Below are positions 25,971 through 39,464 of a stretch of 64,000 nt of DNA, piece by piece (within the stretch, counting starts at the first letter, position 1; each line of letters opens with the position of its first letter). The DNA is from Octopus sinensis (lineage: Eukaryota), in contig NC_043009.1 of NCBI RefSeq assembly GCF_006345805.1, positions 7,068,001 to 7,132,000 on the forward strand. The letters run 5' to 3'. A program made the translations under genes and the position numbers. The notes under the pieces are model-generated. The model worked only from the letters and a program-made list of their open reading frames with translations, did no database searches and was not told where the DNA came from.

Positions 25971-28546
25971 CACCTAGTTCTAAATTGTTTTTAAATGCAT
26001 ATGTCAATTTTTTATTATTCCCTCCGCATCTTAAATATAAATTCTGATATCGATTGAAGGGTCAAAATTTGGTGACAAGAACATCTGATTATATTAATCC
26101 AAGTTCTTGTCTAGTTCTTCATTTATTCCATTACAGCAGTATAAATTAAGAGGATGTTGATTTCAGCAGAATTTGAAATCACACCCGCAAGAACCGTAAC
26201 ATCATTTCTGCTAGTCACGATAATAGTTCAGCCTATATGCCAACTTTTCGTTCATTAATAATTTCACAAATATGGATAAAGATTAAAATAATCCCAGTTA
26301 AATGTTTCGTTGGTTTACGTTATTAATCATCAATTTATTGTGTATTACTCGCATATTCTAAAGCAAAGTAAACGTTGAATTCTTTGGTTCGATTTAAATT
26401 TGAATAAATGTGGCAACACGTCTAGGGTGCCTTCAATCTCCATCTACACTTTTAAACCGATTTCCGCCAGCCTCCTCTTCCTTAAAAATATAATTATCAC
26501 ATTCTAAAAAAATATATCCGTTTTCGTACGTTCACTAATAAGCCAGTGTCATAGTATTTAATAAATCTTCGAAATTGAATGCATTGAAGATTTTTCGGTA
26601 ATTATGAACCTTAATATGTTTAGAAGAGGTTATATAGCAATGTATTTCCTCTATTTCATAGTTGTTATTTAATTAATAGAAGAGAAATGTCAATCACAAA
26701 AAAGACAAAAAAAAAAAAAACAAGCAAGGCTACAGATGCTTTTGGTGAGGTTCATATCCTCGAGATAATGAGATTTATTTTCATAAGGTACTGTTGCTGT
26801 ATATTTCTTGAAATAGCAAAGGAAAAATGTAATGTTCATCACTCTTCCAAAGCAAGAATCGGAAACAGGTGGGAGACTGAGGTGTTCTTTGTGATCCTAA
26901 TACCTTTTATATATTTTAAAAATTTAATGCATTTGCGGGCCAGTGAGCAATTGTTAGATTTTAGATAGTCTTTAGAATAACGATTTAAGTTTTGTTTAAA
27001 TTTTTTGCTTTTCCAGTGATGGAAATGAAAGGCGATATTTTTATATGTAAAATATAACATACATATGAACGAATGACAAATTCAAAAATATCAAAGCGGG
27101 CCTTTACAAAAATAAGTTCGTGATCCCTGCTCTAACGCAATTTTATTGCCAAAATTACGTAAAATGACCTTTTTCTGGAAGTGTAACATTCGTTATTCGA
27201 GCTAAAATATATTTATTCTCTATATTTACGTAATAATTTTCATGCAAATATAATGCTTGTTTTTTTCTGAATAAGTTGTTCAGCAAAGCATGCTTAAAGG
27301 AGTGATCATTTAGTTGCCCAATACAGATTTTTTGTTAAAGAGTGGCTTTAACACACAGTTCATAAAATCCAACACAGAATGTGTTTTGAAGAATAAATAT
27401 TTTTGAATATTTTAACAAATTTATCTTCAATTTTAATAGTCCACACCAGCATATGTTTCCAATCGTGTAATGTAAATACGGTTTAGAAATTGTTTAAAAT
27501 TTAATAAACTGCACCTTTTCAAAATAATTCCGTAGGCATTAACGAGGAAAAAAATAATAAAAGATTACAACCGAAAAGAATCGTATCTTATTTTCTCCGT
27601 TTGCTGAATAAGACATTATCATATTAAAAATAAATGTGTTAAATGCTTTGTGATATACGTTGCAAAGACATTAAATAATCTTTTTGGTTTGTTATTTGAC
27701 TTTTAATCTAATAATAAAATGAAAGGACAAAAAATGATAATGTTAAGAAGACAATTACTTGATTTGAATTTCAAAGTGTAAGCCCACATGCTTAACTCGA
27801 TTTCTACCCCTTTCCTTTTATTAATACATTCCTCATGCTACGAAGATATCGAGTTATCTGACCATTTTGGCATGACATTCACCACATTAAAAGACAGTGA
27901 AAAGAAAATTAAACGGTACAGAACAATTGAACATTTTTTCTCAACATCATTTACATTGTCATCAGATTGTCAACACAGCTTTACATATGCAAATGAGTGT
28001 ACATAATCATATTGTAGCAAAATTATGGAGAAAATAAAACAAAACTAATAACGAAAAAATTATTAATTGAAAACATTAATATATGCAAAGAATTTAATAG
28101 GAATTTACGATATTAAATCCCACAACTACGACAGGTCCCGTATAATATTAGTAGGTTCACAAGAAAATACTGGACGAAGTTACTTCAATGGAAAGGGGTA
28201 AATGAACTGCTGTGGCACTCAAGCCTTTGCAATGAAATTCCATACGTAACAGAAAGAGAGAGCGAGAGACAGAGAGAGAGAGAGAGACAGGCAGACAAAC
28301 AGACAGACAGGCAGAGATTTCATTCAAGCGCAATTAGATGTAGACACAATTAGCCAGTCTCAAACCTACTACCTAGGTTTCATTTCACCAGATCATATTG
28401 TGATATTATACATTTCACAAACGGTTACCAGAAAAGCATTAAGACTGATGTTTCTTCTTTGACGTAAGAGCGGTACATAAGTCAATGTCCTCAGATGAGA
28501 AGTGAAACAGCAGCTTAAACTGAGCCCACTGTGTATTTGCAACATT

Positions 28547-28932
28547 GCATGGAAGCACTCCGTCGGTTACGACGACGAGGGTTCCGGTTGATCCGAATCA
28601 ACGGAACAGCCTGCTCGTGAAATTAACGTGCAAGAGGCTGAGCACTCCACAGACACGTGTACCCTTAACGTAGTTCTCGGGGATATTCAGCGTGACACAC
28701 AGAGTGACAAGGCCGGCCCTTTGAAATACAGGTACAACAGAAACAGGAAGTAAGAGTGAGAGAAAGTTGTGGTGAAAGAGTACAGCAGGGATCACCTCCA
28801 TTCCTGCCGGGGCCTCGTGGAGCTTATGTGTTTTCGCTCAATAAACACTCACAACGCCCGGTCTGGGAATCGAAACCGCGATCCTATGACCGCGAGTCCG
28901 CTGCCCTAACCACTGGGCCATTGCGCCTCCAC
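28547..28932 (-). mobile_element. Full-length tRNA-derived SINE family C with 12-bp TSD
   Basis: Minus head gtggaggcgcaatggcccagtggttagggcagcggactcgcgg..ggtttcgattccc (A/B boxes); TSD atttgcaacatt at 28535-28546 and 28933-28944. Confidence 0.92.
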
Positions 28933-29639
28933 ATTTGCAACATTACACATTCAGACACCCAATAAATGATATAAAGCCAACAGCCCTCCGCAGGGACACG
29001 AATATGATTTACGGTTGATCTTATAAACCATAAAAATGTCATTTGTGTGATCATCAACAAATTCGGTTATTCCTGAGGAGAGGAATAAATGCTGTCTTTT
29101 CCTGCTTTTCCTATTTCCTTACTCTTGTTGAAAAAAGATCGTTAGCAGTTTTCTCGTATTTCAGATGTTGCCGCTTATTTCAGAAGAAATATAATGTAAA
29201 TCTACGAAATTATACTATTTACAAAAACATCAGTAATGTGATTGGGTGCAGTGAGGTAAAATACTTCCAAGAGTAAGTGGAAACATTGTCTCAGCCCCGA
29301 CGCAGGTGATACTCCTACGATTAGTATACAGAAAATACTGTAATCTATCATATGCAGAAAAAAAACACCAAGAAAAAACTTCATTTCCAGTGGAGTAGAT
29401 ATATATTTAGAACGAATGATATTGAAATATCTATGATGTTATATTAATAATTGATGAACGAGGCGCTTTTCTTTAATAAATCTGAGAAATGATAATGGCA
29501 AGCGTTTCAGAACTTTTGAGAAACTTTGCTTCGCATTTAATTCATGATACTAAGAACTGATACAGTCTGCCTGCAAGGGACACATACACACACACACATA
29601 TATATACACAATCATACACACACATATACATACATATAT

Positions 29640-29694
<55 letters not shown>

Positions 29695-29695
<1 letters not shown>

Positions 29696-29957
29696 CACGT
29701 GATCATGTGACCGACCATCGCTGGTCACAATGCGTTCGCATTGTTTTAGCCTTCGAATGACGCCACCCCGCTGGCTAAGCGAGCAGGCCAACAGAAGAAA
29801 GAGTGGTGAAAGAGTACAGCAGGGATCACCACCCATTGCCGGAGATCGTGGAGCTTTTAGGTGTTTTCGCTCAATAAACACTCACAATGCCCTGTCTGGG
29901 ATCGAAACCGCGAGTCCGCTGCCCTAACCAATGGCCCAGTGGTTAGGGCCATTGCGC

Positions 29958-29960
<3 letters not shown>
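29695..29960 (-). mobile_element. SINE with family C head and a different tail
   Basis: Shares gtggtgaaagagtacagcagggatcacc..cgctcaataaacactcac..ccattgcgcctc with the 28547 copy but diverges 3' of that segment. Confidence 0.8.
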
Positions 29961-29995
<35 letters not shown>

Positions 29996-30007
29996 TATAT
30001 ATATATA

Positions 30008-30200
30008 ACGGGAAGCTTTACGAAAATAAACAAAAGACGAAGGCAGGTGGAGTACAAACAAATAATTGTATTAGTATGGCGCTCAGGAATAGAAATAAAA
30101 CAAGTCTTTTTTACGTTTTGAGCCTACGCTCTTCAACAGAAAGATACACCGAAAAGAAACACGGAGAGAAACAAGGAGAGAAAAAAAAGTTTCGTGCAGG
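30008..30200 (-). mobile_element. TA-anchored short element with hammerhead-like motif (Penelope-like pLTR derivative)
   Basis: Minus 30106-30143: cttt-CTGTTGA-agagc-gtag-gctc-AAAA-cgTA-aaaa; homologous to 33020-33188. Confidence 0.6.
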
Positions 30201-30650
30201 AGATGACTGAAGAATAAAGAATTATCATATGAAATTCATTATCTTACATCTAATTTCCGTTATAAGATGTGGTGGAGTCGTAGCTGAGTACCTGAGTACC
30301 ACATCATAGCTTTATCAGGGTATCAGAACTGAAAAAGTTTGAGGCACTCAACTATGAGTCTCATGCACCTTATAGTAGAAACAGTTGTAAGCTAATGAAG
30401 TGCATAAACTAATCGTTCTGAAGCATGGTATATTGAGATCTACACCAGGTTATTAGTTGTTCAATGCTTGAGTGAAATATATATACACATACTTACATAC
30501 GTACCCACATATATACATGCATGCATACATACATGCATACACATATATATGTGCGTGTGTGTGCCTGTAAATTTGTGATGTTCCTATGTGTGTGCATGTA
30601 TATATTTGTAAATGCGTGTATGTGTATGTATACACCTACATACAAGCATG

Positions 30651-30683
<33 letters not shown>

Positions 30684-31089
30684 GTATGTATATAGGTATA
30701 CAAGAACGTACAAACGCCTACGCATTCCGAAAAACTTTACAAATATGAAAAAAAATATATATATGTGCACTTATTGTCGGGTTACTTGTGTTATTTATAG
30801 GTATCATATAACCCAGTAATACCTACTGCATATTGATGTCGACAACTTAACTAGCATCCAACGAAGCCTGTTTGGTAAAGGGGAAGATTTTTCACATCTT
30901 GCAGAATGCAAAAACTAGCACCTCTGAAAGGGCAGGTAAATTCAATGATCATCTACTAAAATATATACCTATAAATTTATTTTTGTATGCTTGCTGCTAC
31001 CCGTTCTTTTCATTCAAATGAATTATGGAAAAAATATATAATCTCCGTATCAACAATGAGAGCAGCTAGTGCAGGTGACAACCTACAAT

Positions 31090-31613
31090 CTTATTTCTTT
31101 CCTGCCCACAAGGGGCTACACACAGAGGGGACAATCAAGGACAGACAAACGGATTAAGTCGATTATATCGACCCCAGTGCGTAACTGGTACTTATTTAAT
31201 CGACCCCGAAAGAATAAAAGGCAAAAGTGACCTCGGCTGAATTTGAACACAGAGCGTAGCGGCAGACGAAATACCTATTTCTTTACTACTCACAAGGGGC
31301 TACACACAGAGAGGACAAACAAGGAGAGACAAACGGATTAAGTCGATTACATCGACCCCAGTGCGTAACTGGTACTTATTTAATCGACCCCGAAAGAATA
31401 AAAGGCAAAAGTGACCTCGGCTGAATTTGAACACAGAACGTAGCGGCAGACGAAATACCTATTTCTTTATTGCCCACAAGGGGCTAAACACAGAGAGGAC
31501 AAACAAGGAGAGACAAACGGATTAAGTCGATTATATCGACCCCTGTGCGTAACTGGTACTTATTTAATCGACCCCGAAAGGATGAAAGGCAAAGTCGACC
31601 TCGGCAGAATTTG
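31090..31613 (-). mobile_element. SINE family A head-less trimer, 184-bp period
   Basis: a(c/g)agacaaacggattaagtcg at 31141, 31325 and 31509. Confidence 0.88.
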
Positions 31614-32509
31614 CGTAGGTATCGCCATGACAACTTTCTGTCATGGTTAATGCGACGATCACACGCTACACACCTTCCTATCAAGCACTCCACACCTTCC
31701 TAACAGCAGAAGTGAGCTAGAATGTTAAAACTTAGTGTGCATGCACAGCAGAGTTCAAGGTCAATATGTGCCAAGCGGCTTCACTCTGCCTGCTGTATCT
31801 TCGTTACTACGGCAACAGACTGGATGCTTATTGACCAGACCTCGTATTCTGTAAGAAAGAGAGGTTAACATTTATGCTACGGTGGTTATTTCTCAGTTAA
31901 CAATACAACTTGGGTTAGTTTAGCATCTCTGTCCAGAGAGTAATTCCGTGTGGTTGGTAGTTGACAGACGCTTGACAAGGGGTCGAGTATTCTTGCTATT
32001 CATAAGGTCTTCAACAAATCTGTGACAAAGAACGTCACATACATCGTTCCAGGAAGACGACGTGAGAGTGTATGTAAGCAAGAGCAGTTGTGACATTTTA
32101 TTCCCCGCCCCCAAATGACTCGATTCCTCGTAGAAGTGCTGCGCCGCGCAGTCCGCGATGGCTGTAATTCATAACTGATAGGAGAAACTTCCTAAAGCCT
32201 CTGACAGTAGCACATTTATTGAGGCAATGAAATACTGATAACTTTATAGCTCCAAGTGTGGTGGTGATCTGTACATGCTGAAGTAGTTGTAACCTAATGG
32301 TCCCTTGAAGGGATATGCACACAGTTGGAGTGCCGCATACTTGAAGTGTTTGGTACCATTAATCATCAGCGGACGAACACAATAGTTTTACTTATCTTTT
32401 GTTTTCTTCTTATTCTGTCTGACTTGTCTTCCTTATTTCCTTCCTTTCATCTTTCTTTCTTTCTTTCTTTCTGTCTTTCTTTCTTTCTTCTTTCTTATTT
32501 TTTTCTTTT

Positions 32510-32716
32510 CCACTCTAGGCACAAGGCCCGAAATTTGGGGGAGAGGGCCAGTCGATTACATCGACCCTAGTCCGCAACTGGTTCTTAATTTAAAGACCCC
32601 GAATGGATGAAAGGCAAAGTCGACCTGTGCGGAATTTGAACTCAGAAGGTAAAGACACACGAAATACCGCTAAGCATTTCGCCCAGTGTGCTAACGTTTC
32701 TGCCAGCTCGCCACCT
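32510..32716 (-). mobile_element. SINE family A
   Basis: Reverse complement of the consensus head and core. Confidence 0.85.
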
Positions 32717-32944
32717 TTCCTTTCTTATTTATTAGCTGGCTGTTGGGATACCATCGTCACTTCTGATGAATAATCAACTGATCACATACATACACATAAC
32801 AAATTTACACATTCAAACATACATATATGCATACATACGTAATAATATGTATATATTTTGAAATATGTGTGTGTGTGTGTTTGTGCGGTGTACACATTCT
32901 CGTACAATACGTTGTATATACACATGCATGCATATATATGCTTC

Positions 32945-33185
32945 CATATACTTTATCTCCCATTCTTCCTAGCTCTCGTGTGTGCGGCATTCACCATGAT
33001 AGATCGCTAGCCACTACACATTCTTTATTTTCTCTCCTTGTTTCTTTCTGTGTTCCTTCCTGTGGAAGAGCGTAGGCTCGAAACGTTAAAGACATTTTCA
33101 CTTTCCGAGCGTTAAACTAATACATCTGTTTGTTGTCTACACCGCCTGTCTTCGTCTTTTGGGTTTTTTTTTGCGAATTCTTCCC

Positions 33186-33188
<3 letters not shown>
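32945..33188 (+). mobile_element. TA-anchored short element with hammerhead-like motif
   Basis: 33056-33091 cttc-CTGTGGA-agagc-gtag-gctc-GAAA-cgTT-aaag; runs into (TA)n; fragments of the family also at ~5645-5720 and ~39085-39118. Confidence 0.65.
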
Positions 33189-33267
<79 letters not shown>

Positions 33268-33329
33268 TATATATATATTATACGGATGAGTGAATAAATA
33301 TCTATATATTCTCTCACAAACGTTCATGA

Positions 33330-34700
33330 TATGTTGGGCAGAAACATTTATAAGATTTAAAAATGTGATGTATGGAACTTCATTTTGATCTATACAATTC
33401 TCTTGAATCTATCTTCTTGAACAGATCATACCTGTAGCGCCCATTTTCTAACTGGAGATTCTAGTGGTAAGATTCCGAATATTGCGATTTAGGAATACAT
33501 CAATGATTGTCACATAACTCTCAATGTTGTTCTTAAGCAGTTGATGGATTGTAGCATCCATGACATCTTAAATAATAGTCCTTTAGAAATAGTCTCTCCT
33601 GGTCTCACCATGGAAAAATAACTCGGTTATTTTGCCAATTTGACTGTCACTATTATAGGAATGTATTTCACCATGAATTGCATTTCTATTTGGAGCACTT
33701 TTAAAGGCAGAAGCTTCATAGATTCTCTAGTTTCGAGAAAAGAAGCAATCTGCACATGATGGGTAACTTTTTTTCTATTTCCGTATGTATGCTGGATGGT
33801 CGTTTCAAACATTTTCTCCATATTGCTTTGTCTACTAATAATAGATATATTACGCACTTTCACTATGTCGGTGATACACATATTTTCAATTGGTGTCAGG
33901 AGGATGGAGACATTTCATCTGCATGGGCTGGATGAAAGATTGCACGGAGGCTTTCAAACATTGCCATGTGTGGTTAGTGAAAACCTGTATTCATTCAAAT
34001 CAATTATATTTCCTGGCCCTTAGTATTTTCCTGGAAAAAGGTAAAATAGTGCATTGGCTCTTCATTGGAAGTTTGGGTCATAAAAGACAACGTTGACTAA
34101 TTTCTCTCCTGATCATCCGAAGAAGGATTTTAATCTCTTTGTTGAATGGCCATCTGTGTCTGCAGCAGAGTCAGATTTAAGTAAAACCAGTAGCTCCCCG
34201 TCTCACCATGATTGTAGGATGAATTGTTTAATCTTCCAGAGGTGGTTTCAGAAAGCCCCGTTTGAAATGCTTTTAATTTCATATTCTCTACGTTCAGCTT
34301 TTTTGTTGGTAGCCTGCCATGAAGTGTTCTCCTGCTTCTCAATTTCTACTTAACTAACAATGATCCTATGATCAGTTTTGCCTTCATTTCCACGCATAGA
34401 TCTCGTTATATTCACGCCACTGAGATCACGCAATCTCACAGTTACGTTTATCCAGAATTTTCCTATGTAAGTAGCGGGTATGCAACCAAGATTTTCTGTA
34501 ATTAATGAGAGGGTAAAATACTGTGTTGGGTATATTGAGGCTTTGTTAAGTATGTTTCCATTAAAGGAAGAGATCACTACTGGTACAAAGCGCTTCATGT
34601 GTTGAGGATTTACATCAGACCATGCGGCCTGGTCTGATCTTACTCTGATGTTCAAAACTTCTTGTAAAATAACTTATCTGAATTTGACATAACTGAGAAC
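33330..34700 (-). mobile_element. Possible decayed L1-like non-LTR retrotransposon 3' region
   Basis: Minus remnants TLHGRLPTKK and NHTWQCLK (zinc-knuckle-like); many stops. Confidence 0.4.
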
Positions 34701-34870
34701 ATGAAGTAAAGATCAGCTCTAACATATTTATTCTTAACCTTATCGGTCATAGTGGAAGCATATGCACTAATAAAATATGGTATAATATTCCTTTTCTCAA
34801 GCGGAATTCTCAGACAAAATGGTACTTTTGGAACAGATTGGACAACAATACGGTTATGTGTGTATACCCC

Positions 34871-34926
<56 letters not shown>

Positions 34927-34928
<2 letters not shown>

Positions 34929-34964
34929 AGCTGAGATACCCGCGTCGCTGGGGATTAAAATGGC

Positions 34965-35029
<65 letters not shown>

Positions 35030-35306
35030 CAGTTATGTTCAAATATGATACGGGAAAGTGCAGATTTGACGACAAAACATTTGTGGAGTAAATGATGGGC
35101 TAATTCGACTAAGCGACATACTATGCGACCGTTTGGAGGATTCTAGACCCTAACCTGCTATGGAAAATTGGGGGTGGTGGGATATGTGATTTTTGAACAC
35201 ACTGAAAGGCTGTCAGTGCGTATAGTTCTTAACGAGCTTTAATTTATATGATTTTCTTTTCATTTAATGTTTATTTCATTCATTATTTGCAATGTCCTCT
35301 CTCCTC

Positions 35307-35341
<35 letters not shown>

Positions 35342-35650
35342 GCACACAGACATACACACTCTCTCATACACACACTCTCTCTCACACACTCACACACACA
35401 CACTCACATACACACACAAACACTCTTTCTTTTTCTATCCCTCTCTAATATAAACACACACTGTCTCTGTAATATAAACACACACATTCCAGGTTTGATT
35501 TCCTTATTACACAAGTATCACATTAGAATTTTGCAGTTAAACATGGGGCGTCCAAAAAAGTATGCGACTGAAAAAGAAACTTTCGCAGCAAATGCACGAT
35601 GGCAGAGAGAATTATAGGCAACTGAATGAGATAAAATCAGAACAAAGGGA
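34927..35650. mobile_element. Probable non-autonomous Helitron-like element
   Basis: caagctgagatacccgcgtcgctgggg resembles the Helitron 3' hairpin end at 93-120 (CTTG instead of CTAG on minus); internal short ORF MGRPKKYATEKE. Confidence 0.4.
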
Positions 35651-35811
35651 CTGAAACAAATGTATAAATGCACGTACACGTGTACACGTAGAGATGTGTG
35701 AGTGTGTGTGCAAAACACACAGACACACACATAGACACACTAACACATCCAACAGACATATATGCATATGTGTATGTTTATAAATACAGAATTAATATAT
35801 GTATACATATA

Positions 35812-36224
35812 TACTCTTTACTCTTTTACTTCTTTCAGTCATTTGACTGCGGCCATGCTGGAGCACCGCCTTTAGTCGAGCAAATCGACCCCGGGACTTA
35901 TTCTTTGTAAGCCCAGTACTTATTCTATCGGTCTCTTTTGCCGAACCGCTAAGTAACGGGGACGTAAACACACCAGCATCGGTTGTCAAGCAATGCTAGG
36001 GGGACAAACACAGACACACAAACATATACACACACACTTATATATATATATACATATATACGACAGGCTTCTTTCAGTTTCCCTCTACCAAATCCACTCT
36101 CAAGGCATTGGTCGGCCCGGGGCTATAGCAGAAGACACTTGCCCAAGATGCCACGCAGTGGGACTGAACCCGGAACCATGTGGTTGATTAGCAAGCTACT
36201 TACCACACAGTCACTCCTGCGCCT
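35812..36224 (-). mobile_element. SINE family B, near-consensus full length
   Basis: Complete head to tail, including the (taaaagag) tail repeat. Confidence 0.9.
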
Positions 36225-36244
36225 ATATGTAGGTAAATATAATT

Positions 36245-36830
36245 TCTTGTCTATTCTAGGCACAAGGACCGAAATTTTGGTTGAGGGGCCAGTCGATTAG
36301 ATCAACACCAGTACACAACTGGTACTTAATTTATTGACTTCGAAAGGATGAAAGGCAAAGTCGACCTCGGCAGAATTTGAACGCAGAACTTAGGTAAATA
36401 TATATTCTTTTCTGCTCTAGACACAAGGCCCAACACTTTGGAGGTGGGGACCAGTCGATTAGATTGCCCTCATTACGGAACTGGTACTTAATTTATCGAC
36501 CCCGAAAGAATGAAAGGCAAAGTCAACCTCGCCGGAATTTTAACTCAGAACGTAAAGACAGACGAAGTTTTTCATACCGCGTGCTAACGTTTCTTATTTT
36601 TTTATTGCCCACATGGGGATAAACATAGAGGGGCAAACAAGGACAGACAGTGGGATTAAGTCGATTACGTCGACGCCAGTGTGTAACCGCTGCTTACGTT
36701 ATCGACCGCGAAAGGATGAAAGACAAAGTCTATCTCGGCGAAATTTGAACTCAGAACGTAACGGCAGACGAAATACCGGTAAGCATTATCGCCTGACGTG
36801 CTAACGTTTCTGCTAGCTCGCCGCCTTAAG
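36245..36830 (-). mobile_element. SINE family A multimer
   Basis: Three cores; head ends ...gctagctcgccgccttaa. Confidence 0.82.
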
Positions 36831-37079
36831 TTAAACATATATTGTAATTTTACGTGTATTAGCTTAATTTCGAGTGTATGCATATCACTCTCAAGAGTTG
36901 ATATTATTTTGAAATTCCTCCAGAATTAATTCTCCTTTTAATTCCCTAACCTTACGAGTAACGTCCTTCTACAAATTTTTTAAGATGCAAGCTTTAAACT
37001 CCATCTTGCTTTCTAGCGTTTGGCTCATCGTATAGTTAATGGGACGGTGGGTTATATTGCTTTCGCATTAATGTGGGGA

Positions 37080-37500
37080 ACTATAGACTGGTTAGCACCC
37101 CCGGGCAAAATGTTTAGCGACATTTCATCGGTCTCTACGTTCTGAGTTCAAATTCCACCGGGGTAAACTTCTGGCTAGATGAAATAAGTACCAGTTACGT
37201 ACTGAGGTCGATGTAATCGACTAACTTCCTTCCTCCAAGTCTACAGGCTTTGTTGCTATAGTAGAAAGGATATTACTTTTCGCATTTCGGCGGCGAGATG
37301 GCAAAACCATTAACAAGCTGTGCAAAATGCTTCGGGACATTACGTTCCGAGTTCAAATTCCATCAAGGTCGACTTTGCCTTCACGTCTTTTCTGGGTCGA
37401 TAAAATCAGTATCATTTGAGCATTCGAGTGTCCTTGTAATCGACTACATCTTGCTCCTCATAACACTGGCCTTGGGTCAAAATATGAAATCGATATTACC
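37080..37500 (+). mobile_element. Two degenerate SINE family A copies
   Basis: acgttctgagttcaaattcc-type B-box segments at ~37137 and ~37342. Confidence 0.65.
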
Positions 37501-38895
37501 TTTTGCATTGGTCAGTTCAATTTCTAGATAAATTAATTGGTATTTTCTCTTGTAATGAAGTACGCAACGGATTCGTTAAAATCAGTTTAATCCGTTTTTA
37601 AATCAGTATTGAACTCTAGACTTTATGATAGATTTCTTGTGAGTGCCAGGTGTGTGAGTGCCAGAATCACAGCAGGTAATGTTTTAGTAATTGCTCTTAA
37701 ATATGGCACGTCTTCGCAGGTGTATATTATATGACTCGGAAAATTTCGACAATAACATGCGTCATCATCGCAATAATTCTTCACTGTTTAACAGATGCGA
37801 TCGTGTTTTTCTTTCCGTCATCTCTTACTTGCATTTAAATATTAATATGTAATATGAGTTCTATAGTTTCATCTCATGAATACGATATTATATAAATGGG
37901 AACCATTTTATATTGAAAGTACTCTTTTCATTTTACAAAGACGCTATTTGGCTTCATGTTGATACTTTATCATGTTGATATTTTCTCAGAATATTCTTAA
38001 TTTTTGCTGTCATATATACTAATTTTAATTAAAATCTGGTGCTCTATTTAATCTTTAAACAAAATGTATATTCAAAGAAGACATGTTTTATTTGTTTAGG
38101 AAGTTCACAATCTATATGATCGTAAGTTGAAATATTCTACCGAAATATAAAAATACATTTTCCTTTTCCAAAATTTTAAGACGCTTAATTGTAGTTTTAT
38201 CTTAGAAGCCTAGAAGAGCTTCGTCTCATTTATCTCCGTTTTTAAACTTTTTTTTTCAATTAATCCATTATTCATTAAATATAATTGTAATTTCAGGAAA
38301 TTATTTACGTAATTACAGATATTCAGTCTCTCTACCTGCTATTTCCTTTAAAGATAGGTCGAGATATAAGTTTGTTGAGTTGTCTTTGTTATATGATTAT
38401 ACCAATACCGAATGAAAGTAACTCCCTTTAGCGACAATAATTTATACTTATTAGATGAATAAGTAAATTCGCACCTGTCACTAATGTCAGCAGATTTGTC
38501 AAAACAACTTAATAATGAATATCATCTTTTCCGAACTTTGAACTAGATTATTGATGTAGCAGCCGTGGTTACTAAGTGTTTCTGATTAGTTATGATCCAT
38601 TTTGAAAGGACTATTGTTTGTAATTATTCACCTCATCGGAATTAGAATTTCCTCTAATTCAAACAATATACTCGCTAAGAGAGCATATCCCCAAATTTGT
38701 ATACCTTTCTTTGCCAGAGCATATCTACATCGGTGTTCACATAGTCGAATCCCCCCCTCTCTCACATACAGACACACATACATGCGTATATGTATCTATA
38801 TATATATATATATATATATATATTGGTAGATAGATATACACACACAAACACACACTTACACATACTTGTATATATATATATGTATGTATGTATAT

Positions 38896-38927
<32 letters not shown>

Positions 38928-39244
38928 ATATATATAATATATATATGTGTGTGTGTGTGTATATATATATATATGTTGATAGATAGATATACACAGACAA
39001 ATACACATTTACGCATACATGTATGTATATATATATATATATGTGTGTATATATGTATATATACACATATATTTGCTTGTATATAGGAGAGAAAATAAGG
39101 ATGTGTAGTGGCTTGTGATATATATATGAAACCTTGTGCATATGTATGTATATGTGTGCATATATATATATATGAATGCATACGTACATAGACATATATG
39201 TATATATTCATACATCTACATACTCACAGGCATATATGTGTATG

Positions 39245-39418
39245 TGTGCAGACGTGACTGAGTGGTAAGTAGCTTGCTACCCAACCACGTGGATCCGGGT
39301 TCAGTCCCAATGCGTGGCACTCTGGGCAAGTGTCTCCTACTGTAACCTCGGGCCGACCAAAGCCTTGTGAATGGATTTGGGAGACAGAAACTGAAAGGAA
39401 ACCTTCGTGTATATATAT

Positions 39419-39464
<46 letters not shown>

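Noticed and set aside
26000-28250. Repeat-poor AT-rich stretch that might hold host exons
   Set aside because: Short ORFs without recognisable domains or consistent splice-site pairs.
28850-28930. tRNA gene
   Set aside because: It is the tRNA-derived head of a TSD-flanked SINE; no proper acceptor stem.
31620-32380. Possible decayed Tx1-like RT on the minus strand
   Set aside because: No intact QG or YADD motif can be read.
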